NCBI RefSeq assembly: GCF_009914755.1
Contig: NC_060941.1
Direction: 5' to 3' (one strand)
Length of the DNA: 64,000 bases
DNA from: the human T2T-CHM13v2.0 reference genome, Homo sapiens
Part shown: positions 53,306-64,000 of the stretch, piece by piece
Numbering within the stretch: the first letter of the stretch is position 1
How the letters are laid out: every line of letters starts with the position of its first letter
The notes under the pieces: generated by a model
Told to the model about the DNA's origin: nothing
The model's input: the letters and a program-made list of their open reading frames with translations, nothing else
Database searches by the model: none
Position numbers and translations under genes: made by a program

Positions 53306-55804
53306 ACACTATGTATTATACCTCTGGATTTATAGAAGGAGGAATGGGGCCTTTCCACGCTGATAGGGAGAGCAAGGAGGCAGCCACAGGACAAGCTTTC
53401 CAGGAGGGTGGGCTGGCCTGGAGAGAAAGTGGTGGCTGTGGTGACAGCGGGTGCAGCTGGAAGCTAGATATCTGGTCCCAGGCAGAGTTGAAAAGTGCCA
53501 GCCTCCTCCAAAGGACTGGAGTGGAGGCTAAGTGGGATTAAAAGGGAACATGGAGAGACCTCCTTGGAGGAGCCTCCTGCAGCTGCTTTAAACCCCACTG
53601 CCAGAGCTCACCCTAGCTGGGCCCAGGGATAGAGCGGTGTGGGGTCTGGAAAGTCATATGTGACCTGTGATGCCAGTGGTGGCAAATAAACGCTGCCCTG
53701 GGAAAAAGGGCTCACTTCATAATGCAAGGCAGTGGACACAAGGGCTGGCTGGTGGTGGGTTGAGATGGCCTTGTTCTGTGTGGCCTTGAGCAAGTTACCC
53801 GCCCTCTCTCAGCCTTATCTCCCATCTCAGGCTGTTAGGAGGATTGCATGTGCTGACCTCTGTGGTTCATCTGACAGTGCCTGGCACGCAGGACATGTGT
53901 AATAAATGCTTATTGCCCTTTCTTGAACCCCTCTCATCTCTTTCTCCCCTTTGACCTCTATTCCTCCACACCCACCACTGTACCTTCTTTCTAAACAAGC
54001 TTTCAATCCCAGGCTTACCAATGCATACGTGAGAAGAAGCCAATCCTGAAGGTTCCAGTTCAAGCCCAGCTCCCTACTGTGAGCCCCTATTTGCTTTGTG
54101 GAGAGGGAGGCAGGGACCTGGGCACAGGAGAGGACGTCTCCTGGGACAGCTGTGAGTTTGGGCTGGGCTCGAGTTCAGTGGAAGGAATGTGGCCTCCTGA
54201 ACACAGCCGTGCTGTGGCCACATCTGCCTTCTGGTCTGGACATCCCCAGACCTGTTCTGTCCTGGGCTGCCTTAGCCAGACTTTGGGCCCCAACGCCTGT
54301 CTGCCCTCATGGTCCGCACCTCCAGAAATTCTGATTTGGCCGGTCTGAAGTGGGGCCCAAGCATTGCGATTCATTTTTAAAGTCCCTGGAAAATTCCAGG
54401 GCACAACCCGGATTGAGAGCCGTTGATTTGTTCTAGGCAGAACCACTCATTTTATAAATGGGAAATCCGAAGCCCAAAGAGGGGCGGGGACTTGTCCGAG
54501 GTCAGGGGCATTGCGGGGACCCAGTCTGGCTCTTTGCTTCACTGTGTTGGCCTCTAGGGAATGGTGTTAAGAGGGGAGTTTGCCCTCAAGGAACCAACTG
54601 ACTCTCCTGGGAGGGGGTTTTGTTTGCCTTGCTTCCCAGGGGTGGGGTAGTGAGGAGGCTGGGCCCGGAACTGGCCACAAGCAAAGCCAACATCCCCAGG
54701 CTTTCTGCTGATTTCTGTGGAAGCCCCTGGAGGCTGCCTGACCTGGGCTCTTGCCTCAGCCCTTCCTGTGCCTCCCAGAATATCTGACTGTTACTATCCA
54801 AGTCTCACTCCTCCCTCTCCATGAGCCCCAATGGTGGGTGCAGGTAGGAGAAACATCTGTCAGGTGCTCCCTTGCCAATTTGAGACATGTGGCTCCCAGC
54901 CTGGGCTGCCATAGAAACCTTCTCCACTTGCTCCTCTCTCTCTCTCTCCTTCCAGCCCCGCTGGGCTCTGGCCTCAGAGGGATGTGCAGGGTCCTATGTC
55001 ACCACCCACAGGGCTCTAGGAGCCCACCTTTGGCCTCTCTGGTCTGACCAGTTCCTGGGGAAAGGTCTGGGGTTAAGGATCCCTTTCATCACCCATGCAC
55101 ACCAGTGATCCAGGTTCCACAGATGGACCTGTGTTCCAGCAGCACTGCCTGAGGCATGTTCTAGGGATGCAAAACTGAACAGAAACACAGAGCCTGGGTT
55201 TGCTTCTTGATCTTCCTTCAACCCAGCTTTCACCCGTGTTCTTGCGTGAAGTGCAGTGTGTTTGTATACGTGGCCGGTACAGCAGCGGTGCCGCCCCTGG
55301 CATTTTCCTGGTCCACCTGACTGGCCACAGGGAGTGTGGCGCCTCTCAGTGTCAGCAGGCCCAGGTTTCTAAGTATAGACCCCAGGCAGCCCCGTGGCTG
55401 CTAGTAAATCCCTGGATACCATTTGATACCTAACTGGCCCTGAGCTGCCGGCTTACCCAGCATGGCCTGTGACGCCAGCCTCTGCCAGCTGCTGGGGGAG
55501 GGGGTAGCACGTTGCCCAAACCCATCCTCACCCTCCACTGGAGAGAATGGAGACCAGCAGTCTCCTGCTAATGACATGACTGGATTGTCACAGACTGGGA
55601 GTGACCTCAGCACTCAACTGGCCCTGCTCTCCAATTATTATCAGAAAGAATAACTTAATCCCACCTACTGGAGAACATATCTCCTGGTTTGAGAGAGACA
55701 GGCAGAGGCAGGGAGCCAATGATCTCTGATGCTGTCACTCTGCTCCTCATTCCTGCATCCCCACCTGTGTGCACCCATGCTAACCCTGAGACTTGTCGGA
55801 GCTG

Positions 55805-55860
55805 GGACTGGGCATCTCTCAAGATGGATTGGGCATCTCCTGTGATGGTCTGGGCATCCA
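55805..55860 (+). repeat. Degenerate 21-bp tandem repeat (about 2.7 copies)
   Basis: ggactgggcatctctcaagat / ggattgggcatctcctgtgat / ggtctgggcatcca. Confidence 0.8.
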
Positions 55861-56860
55861 TGTCTTCCGTTTTTGGTTTGTAGTTCCATATTTTGTTCTT
55901 TAGACAGAAGCTGGGGTGGGCAGTAATTCCTTGGAGGCAGTACGGACTCCCAGCCGGGTTCTCCAGAACTTTGGGGTATGGGCAGAGAGAGGGGCCTTTT
56001 GCCCTTGGCTTTGAGACAACTTAGCATCTTCTGGGCACCTCCTGGCAGATGGGATGCCCTCCTGGGGCACTGGAGCCTCTCAGACCTGAGAAGGTTTCAG
56101 AGTGGCTTCACCTGCGAGTTCACCTTCAGCAGGTGGCAAAACTGATTCCCTAATTTGTTTTTGGTTTAGAGATGATCCAGGAAAGTTGTGAGTTACTCTG
56201 CTTTGAAAACATCTTCCTAAATCAGACTTGGCTGTGCCTGTCACTGTGGGTGGGCGAGTCACATCCATGTGTGAGGTTTCGGGGGTGCTGAGTTGCTTTG
56301 GGGCACTGTTGAGTCATGATACTGGGAGATATCAGGGCCCCTCGCAGGGGCCTTCACAGCCACGCGACCGTCCTGGTAGCTTTCCTTTCTTGATTAAGTT
56401 AACATTGGGTCTCAGAGTCAGTTGTAGAGTTGGGAGGTGGGGCACTTTGTTTCCAGGGTGGGCCCCTCACTGAGAAAGCCTGGTCCCCTGGAGTACTTGC
56501 TACTGGGCCTGCATCCTCCCCCGTTTGCCTACAGAAATAAAGTTTTAGATGTCACTCACTGATCAGATTAACCTTGGAAGGCATCAGATTCTTCCCATGG
56601 GGTCTCCGCGCTTAGGCCTGGAAGCCCCATGTTCCTCATGGACATAATTTGTTTTGTTTGCACAGATTTGAATTAGTTATCACCATGTAAAAGCCAGCCA
56701 TTTAAAAATAAAAATTCAGATTTCTTTAAAACCAGAAGTTCTGGTGCCCCTCCATTGCCTGCCCCTTTCCCCAACACCAAGGGAGGAAAGCGGGGGTTTT
56801 CTGTTTAGCATTGCCATTGCTGCCGTTGGGTTTCTTGTTCAGTAAAAAGGCAGAGAAGTG

Positions 56861-57077
56861 TGTTAAATCAAGTTTAGCCTAGAGCTACCTCCTTAGATAT
56901 TTTAAGTTCAGCCTAAAGGTTTTTCTGTATACCATGAACTATAACAAGTGGAGGTATAAAAACACTGTAGACTGCACTTGTGCCAATCAAATGTAGCCAA
57001 CTGTTCGAATCTTGTTCAAATAAGGCAAAGGAGCTGTAACCAATCCAGCTGTTTCTGTACCTCACTTCTATTTTCTG
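56861..57077 (+). mobile_element. ERV1 LTR 5' half (MER57 family)
   Basis: tgttaaatcaagtttagcct...gagctgtaaccaatccagctgtttctgtacctcacttc. Confidence 0.78.
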
Positions 57078-58519
57078 AAAGTAGGTAGAAATTAATTTAC
57101 TTCGAAAAAAATAATTTCCCCTGAAAGGTAGCTGCTGTATCCCAAGGCTTTGCCAGGTTAACAAGTGGACAGCATGGAATATTTGGAGGAGGTTTGGAAT
57201 CGTGCGCACGTGGGTTTCAATTCTGCCCAGCCACTTGTTAAGCTGTGAAGTCTCTGAGCCTCAGTAAGATGGACTTAACTCCATCTACTTGCGGAGTTGA
57301 TTAAAGATAAAATAATGTATACAAAGCCCTAGGCATATTGTTCTGGCAAATAGTTTGTAATAATAAATGTAGTTACTTTGAGAACTTGAAACTTGGTATG
57401 GGTGAGGAGGAGATGAATAAAAAGAAAGAAAAAGAATCCCTATTTGCATTATAGTTAGGTTGAAGATTGGGTTTCCTCAGCCTGGCTCCCTCCCCAGCCC
57501 CATTAAACATCTCTATCATCATCTGGGCAAACTGCTGAGTCATCACAGCCTTGGAGTATGTGGTGGAGAGACAAACTGAGGACACCCTTCCGGACAAGTA
57601 GAGGATTGCTTTGTTCAGATAAGGTGAAGGTTGCTCTTGTGCTTACCCTGACGGTATCGCCAAGGTGCTCTTAACAGTCAAATGAGGGCAAAGATATCCA
57701 AACCTCATTTCAGTGGAAGACAGGCTAAGGGAAAGAAAGCAAGACATGTTGATTGTATAGAAGCTTCTGCATGGCACCATTTGTCTAATCTGCCTCCCCT
57801 GCTGGTGCCGTTCTCATCAGTGGTTCCTGTGACACTTTAGTTTTATCTTCTGGAAGGCAACCAGGGTTTTGGCCAACCAGTGATGAGCTTCTTGGTACAG
57901 TTATGTGTCTGGCTTTATTTTGGTGTGAATCATGCTAAGTGGTGATGTGATTCTTGCCTACAGCCCTGAAGATTGAAGAATATACTGAAAAGCTACAAAA
58001 GCATCTGCCGTCAGCGGGTACAGTAAAAAACAAACAAATACAGAAAGGCAGGCATCTAGCTCCAGCCTTGCTATGGGAGAGAGGGGTATGGGTTGGGCCT
58101 CATACCTTCAGGACTCAGCCAGTATCTTCATTAGGGTTAGTTTTGACGCTTGAGACAAGGAATTACAGCATGTAAATGGAATGACAATGAAATTAGTCCT
58201 TAAAAGTAAAATTAGACACAACTTGCTAAAAATCAGGATTGGCTTAGATTCTCAAGAACTGTGAGCTTTATAGCAGTCATTTGATGTGGAATGTCTGGCC
58301 TTCTCTGTTACAGAAAATCTGGAAAATATAGAAAGGGTTAAAGACAAAAAAAGGTCTGATCTGGTCCCATAGCTCTTTGAACTCTCTCTGCTCTAGTGCG
58401 CATCTTACTGCATTGTAGTTACCTGTTTAAATGTCTGTCACTCCTCCCACTGGGCTGTAGGCCACTTGAGACCAGAGGCATGTCCCATTGGTTTTTTATA
58501 TTTGTCCCAGGTTTGGTAT

Positions 58520-59151
58520 TGTTGCTGGATATAGGGGTCCCATTCTGGATCCCAAAAGAGGGTTCTTGAGTCTTGCACAAAAAAGAATCCTGGGTGAGTC
58601 CACAGAATAAAATGAAGGCAAGTTTATTAGAGAAGTGGAGAAACAAAAGAATAGCAACCCCGTAGGCAGAGCAGCCCTGAGGGCTGCTAGTTAGCTATTT
58701 TCATGGTTATTTCTTGACCATATGCTAAACTGGGGTAGATTATTTGTGAATTTTCTGGGAAAGGGGCAGGCAATTCCTGGAACTGAGGGCCCCTCCCCCT
58801 CTTTAGACCATATAGGGTAACTTCTGGGCATTGCCATGGCATTTGTAGACTGTCATGGTGCCGGTGGGAGTGTCTTTTAGCATGCTAATGCATTATAATG
58901 AGCATATAATGAGCAGTGAGGAAGACCAGAGGTCACTTGGGATACCATCTTGGTTTTGGTGGGTTTTGGCTGGCTTCTTTAGCTCATCCTGTTTTATCAT
59001 GGGGTCTTTGTGACCTGTATCTTGTGACCTTCTCTCTCACCCTATGATTAAGAATGCCTGACTTCCTGGGGATGCAGCACAGCAGGTCTCACCCTCATTT
59101 TACCCAGCCCCTATTCAAGATGGAATGGCTCTGGTTCCAGTGCCTCTGACA
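58520..59151 (-). mobile_element. Full-length solo LTR, MER41 family (MER41B-sized, 632 bp)
   Basis: Minus strand starts tgtcagaggcactggaaccagagccattccatcttgaataggggctgggtaaaatgag; TG...CA ends; 4-bp TSD gtat/gtgt. Confidence 0.88.
58753..58782. promoter_or_regulatory. Tandem GAS (STAT) motifs TTCTGGGAA (58753-58761) and TTCCTGGAA (58774-58782) within MER41
   Basis: Both fit TTCNNNGAA. Binding at this copy is not demonstrated here. Confidence 0.55.
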
Positions 59152-59261
59152 GTGTCATGTGGCTCAAAGTAGTCAGAGCTGGAGAGGTTTCCTCCTTCCC
59201 TGATGAGAGGAAAGGGCACAAGTTTTGAAGTCCACTGAGCCTTGATTCTACCATTCATTCT

Positions 59262-59700
59262 TTGTATTTTCCATTGCTTCATAACAAATTTAGCAGCTTA
59301 ACACACCACCCGCTTATCATCTCATGGTTCTCTAGGTGGAGGAATCCACTCAGGCTCTGCTTATATCCCTACTTGGGATCTCACAAGGCTGAGGTCAAGG
59401 TGTAGGCCAGGCCTTCCTCTTACCTGGAAGTTCTGGAGAAGAATCCACTTCACGTTCATTCAGGTTATTGGCAGAATCCATTTCCTTGTGGCTGGAGGTC
59501 TGAGGTCCTCATTCCCTCAATGGCTGTCAGCCAGGGGCTACTTTTTTTCCCAGAGGCCACCCCCATTCCCCTCCTCCTTCAAAGTCTGCTTTTCACGCTT
59601 CAGGTCTCTTGACTTCTCTGTTACCAGCTCAAGAGAACCCTTTGCTTTTAAAGGGCTCTTGTGATTGGATGAAGCCTACTTGGATAATTTCCCTTTTGCT
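59262..59700. mobile_element. Old ERVL/MaLR-type LTR (subfamily uncertain)
   Basis: tctcacaaggctgaggtcaaggtgt...caggttattggcagaatccatttccttgtggct. Confidence 0.6.
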
Positions 59701-59705
59701 GTATA

Positions 59706-60298
59706 TAGTAATACCCCCTTTTCTGTAGGGGATATGTTCCAGGACCCTCAGTGGATGCCTGAAACCATGGATAGTACTGAATATATATATATATGATGTA
59801 TACTGTGTTTTTTCCTATACATACATACCTCTGATAAAGTTAGTAAGTTGGGCACAGTAAGAGATTAATAATCAACAATAACAAAATAGAGCAATTATAA
59901 CAATACACTATAATGAAAGTTACAGGAATGTGGTCTCTCTTCTCTCTCTCAAAATATCTTACTGTACTGTTCTCACCCCTCATCTTGTGATGCTGTGAGA
60001 TGATAAAGTGCCTATGTGGGGAGAGGTCGTGGCAGTTGATCTGATAACCAAGATAGCTACTAAGTGACAAACAGGCCGGGAGTGGAGACAGTGTGGAGAC
60101 GCTGGACAAAGGGACAATTCACGTCTCCGGTGGGATGGAGCTGGATGGCGCAAGATTTCATCACATTACTCAGAATGGTGCATAGTTTAAAACTATAAAT
60201 TGTTTATTTCTGGAATGTTTCTGGCATTTTCCATTTAATAGTTTTAGGCTATGGTTGGCTGCTGGTAACTGAAACTGCAGATAAGAGGGAGACTTCTG
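59706..60298 (+). mobile_element. MER44/Tigger7-type DNA transposon
   Basis: ggggatatgttccaggaccctcagtggatgcctgaaacc ... gcagataagagggagacttctg-TA. Confidence 0.8.
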
Positions 60299-60963
60299 TA
60301 ATGTAACAAGATCAGGAGCAACACCAGGGGACAAAGGTCACAAGACCACCTTAAAATTCTGCCTGCCACTTTCTTCACCGTATGGCCTAGTGACCTCGTG
60401 CAGGTGACATAATCTCTCTGAGCCTCTTTCTTCATCTGTCAGGTGGGGCCAGTGAAAAGTTTTGATAGAAATCAGGTGAGGCAGTAAGTGCCTCTGCAGT
60501 GTTTGGTGAGGTTTTTTTGTTTTTTTTTTTTTAAATCCTTCCTTTCTTGAGCCAGTTTGATTTGAAATCTCTCTTATCTGATTCAGATACAACAAAATTG
60601 TGAAGGGCCATCTTTGTCTGAAGTACTCGTCATTCTAAAAAGTTGTTATGACTCGCTGTTTTTTTTCTGTGCAGAGGAGTAAGAAGAAACAAGCTGGGCA
60701 ACATGCCCTCGTCCAAACCTTTCTGGTCTTTACTTCCTCCCCTCACCCCCCACCGAGTCTGCTTCAGCTGCTGTCTCTGGGAGCCTGGAGGGTGGGGGCC
60801 AGGGAGCTCTGCCTGTGTCCCCAAGCACGTGGTGGCTCTGGTCAGAGGCCGGCCCAGCCAGCAGCTGGCCCCTGCCACTCAGCAGGAGGCCAGCCTGAGG
60901 CTGAGGGGCTCCCGGCCCAGCCGACTGCTCACCGCCTCTCTGCCTGTCCCTCTGTCCCCTTAG

Positions 60964-61111
60964 GAGATCCCCCGAGACCTCACGCTGGATGCCCTGCTGG
61001 AGATGAATGAGGCCAAGGTGAAGGAGACGCTGCGGCGCTGTGGGGCCAGCGGGGATGAGTGTGGCCGTCTGCAGTATGCCCTCACCTGCCTGCGGAAGGT
61101 GACAGGCCTGG
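60964..61111 (+). CDS. KSR1: KSR1 coding exon 3 (148 bp, phase 0/1); contains an in-frame ATG at 61003 (MNEAKVK...)
   Basis: Acceptor ctctctgcctgtccctctgtccccttag| and donor ctgg|gtacgt. Translates to [49 protein letters not shown](G), in frame with exon 2. Confidence 0.97.
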
Positions 61112-62769
61112 GTACGTGGGGCCTGCCACCCTCTCCCTTGCCTGGCCTGGTGCCCTTGGGGCTGTGGCCTTCACTATGGTGGGTGATGGAGCGGGGCAAG
61201 CGTGGCCCAGGGTTTCTGGGGCAGCCTGGAAAGGCCAGGGTTGGATGTTCACAGCCTCCTGAGAAGCTCTCCCAGGGTCCTCAGGGCTCTGGATCCTGGT
61301 GGGTCTGGCCAGGCCGAATCTGAGGGGTTTCAGCCATGGTTAGAAATCCCAGGCCTGTCTGCTGGGCTGGGCTGGCCTGGCATGGTTTCCTCTCTGTTGA
61401 GGGCTCTGTGTACCCTCTGCCAGCTTCCCACATTCCAGCCCCCAGCCCTCTCCCCGTCTTCTCCTGTCCCCATTGCTGGCTGGGTTCTGTGCTCAGAAGG
61501 CACATGCTGATGTGGGCCTGAGCCAAGGGTGATTAGGGAAACTCTATGGCTCTTTAGCTGGGAGTGTGTACGTGGCTGTCCCAGGCAAAGTGTGTAATCC
61601 TGGCCTTGCCACGAGGTCCTTGGGAATTATTCACAGGCTTTCTAAATCTTGCGTCGGAAACAGCTTCAAATGCCTGACTTAATGGTCCCACTACCACATA
61701 GATAAGGCATTAAAATAAGCCTCATGAATGGAATCAGGCCTGGTTTTTAATTATCTGAGGCCCCTGTCTTATCTCCGTCTGCCTGAGGCTTAAGGAAGGC
61801 ACCAGGGTTTATATTCTGCCTGGTTTTTTCTTCCCAGAGAGGATCGGGCTTAATTTCCTCTCTGCCCTCATTGTATCAAGTCCTCTGAACACGGCACAGT
61901 GTAGAAAGTTGCACTCAATTCAGAAAATCTTGACCTGCCAGGTCTCCCGGCAGATGCTGAAAATAAACACAACAGAAGTGTGGCTGGTGTTCTTGTTCTC
62001 ACATATTACAGGAGACTGAGCTCAGAGAGGGAAAGGGCTTGGGTAAGGGCACACAGCAGTTGGTGGCTGAGCCAGAATTTGAACCTTGGGCCCTGATGGC
62101 GATTGGTTTGTCCCCATGCTTGCCACCCAAGCTGAGATCTTTGGGGTAATTTGTCAGCCCTTCTTTGCTTCCTCCTTATGCCTGGATTTTAAAGAATTGT
62201 GGAAGAGTCAGCTTTTAAGTGGTAGTGACCTATTTGTGTCATGCAGGCTGCTGTCTACCTGTCCTAGATGCCAAGAGAGGGAGATCACTAATTTATGCAC
62301 CTACTGTGTGCCAGGCGTGTGACACACATATTGTGGCCACATCGTTGTAAGAGGTAGTGTTGAGCTCGCTTTGTAGCTGAGGCCTCTCTGACCACTGGAG
62401 GCGTTGGATGAGTCATCTGGGGCCCCACACCTGGCATGGAGCAGAGCTGGGCTTTGAACTCAGGTTTCTTGTTCAGAGGGTGCTTTTTCCAGCAGGCCTT
62501 AGAGGAGGCCCCTGAAGAAGAAGCATTTTCTGGGTTTCTTCTCTCTCATTTAGTCTCAGCTTGTGGTGCCTCTGCATCCCCAGCAGAGTCCTAGCCCCAT
62601 CACAGTCCAGGACACCGGCCTTTCGTCTGCCCAGTGCTGGCTGCACTTCACGGGCACCTGCTGGGATCCGCTGGGTACCAGTGATCCCATTAGATTGTGC
62701 ATCACAGCATCTTCATTGCATCCCCATGGGGCTTGGTGAGAGCAGTCTAGTCAGAGTACAGGTGGGCTA

Positions 62770-62980
62770 TGGAATGAAACCACCTGGGCCCTGCCTGGGC
62801 CCAGCACTCTGCTCGGCCACTTAGAACCTGTGGGACCTTGGTGAGTTACTTCACCTCACTCTGCCTCAGTTTCCTCATCTGTAAAATGGCAGTGATAACG
62901 ACACCTCTCTCAGGGTTGTTGTGAAAAGGAAATGAGTTAACGTAAAGTCCTTAGATCAGAGCCTGGCATGTATTAGATGT
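62770..62980 (+). mobile_element. MIR
   Basis: ttacttcacctcactctgcctcagtttcctcatctgtaaaatgg core. Confidence 0.8.
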
Positions 62981-63067
62981 TCTTTTCAGTGTGAGGCCTA
63001 TGAGGTGATAGAAAGTGTTGAAGTCATTTCCTTTGCAATCTCTGGTCTAAAGAAAGGTGAGTGAACA

Positions 63068-63551
<484 letters not shown>

Positions 63552-64000
63552 TCAAGACCCACTGGCCATCCTCAAGTGGGCCTAGAGCAGTGGTGATTAA
63601 ATAGGCAACTTGCAACTTTGGGGCTTGTTTCCTTTGGTGGCAAGCTTGCTCCCTTTGGTAGCAGGCTTACTCATAGATTCATGAAATTCATCCTTTCATC
63701 TGCTCAATAAGAAACCTGTTTGGTGCCTCCAGTAGGCCAGTCTATGAGCTACAGTGTCAGTCATGGCTGTAGCTCGTAAGGAGCAAGCGGTATGGGAGCA
63801 CAGGGACTGAGCAACTCCTGTCTAGTCGGTTCCTGAATAGAAAGTCACTGCAGTCAGGTGGGAGGAAGGGTGTTTGAAGAGGGGATGGGATGTGCAAAGA
63901 AACTTATGAATTGGGAAGGCTAATTCATCCCCCCTATTCTTGAGAAGTGGCTTGACCACCTCTGATGGAGCTTGTTACCTCCCACAGCTGTTCCGCTCTA

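Noticed and set aside
53065-53541. 158-aa ORF that looks protein-like
   Set aside because: Largely overlaps the non-coding MER58B MITE and has a non-ATG start.

Overview
This is primate (almost certainly human) genomic DNA lying entirely inside KSR1 (kinase suppressor of Ras 1, + strand). It covers the 3' part of intron 1, coding exon 2 (34041-34181), the 26.8-kb intron 2, coding exon 3 (60964-61111) and the start of intron 3. Exon numbering is from recall of the human gene. Intron 1 holds an antisense, intronless, disabled MSANTD3 retrocopy. The rest is repeat-rich intron (about 20 Alus, MIR, L2, old L1, MaLR and ERV1 LTRs, hAT/Tigger/piggyBac MITEs), and almost every ORF in the supplied track is spurious. 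Main observations: (1) the MSANTD3 retrocopy appears to preserve a spliced, exonized-Alu 5'UTR exon; (2) a full-length MER41-type solo LTR with two intact GAS motifs lies 1.8 kb upstream of exon 3; (3) a 76-bp, 96%-identical non-Alu inverted repeat sits in intron 1; (4) two inverted Alus carry a multi-step template-switch scar; (5) an LTR transcript appears to have been retroposed by L1 with a twin-priming inversion; (6) a candidate poison or alternative-start exon lies in intron 2; (7) a MER85 lies near tandem AP-1 sites. Repeat family names and approximate boundaries come from recalled consensus sequences, not from a RepeatMasker run. I find no evidence of a wholly new protein-coding system.
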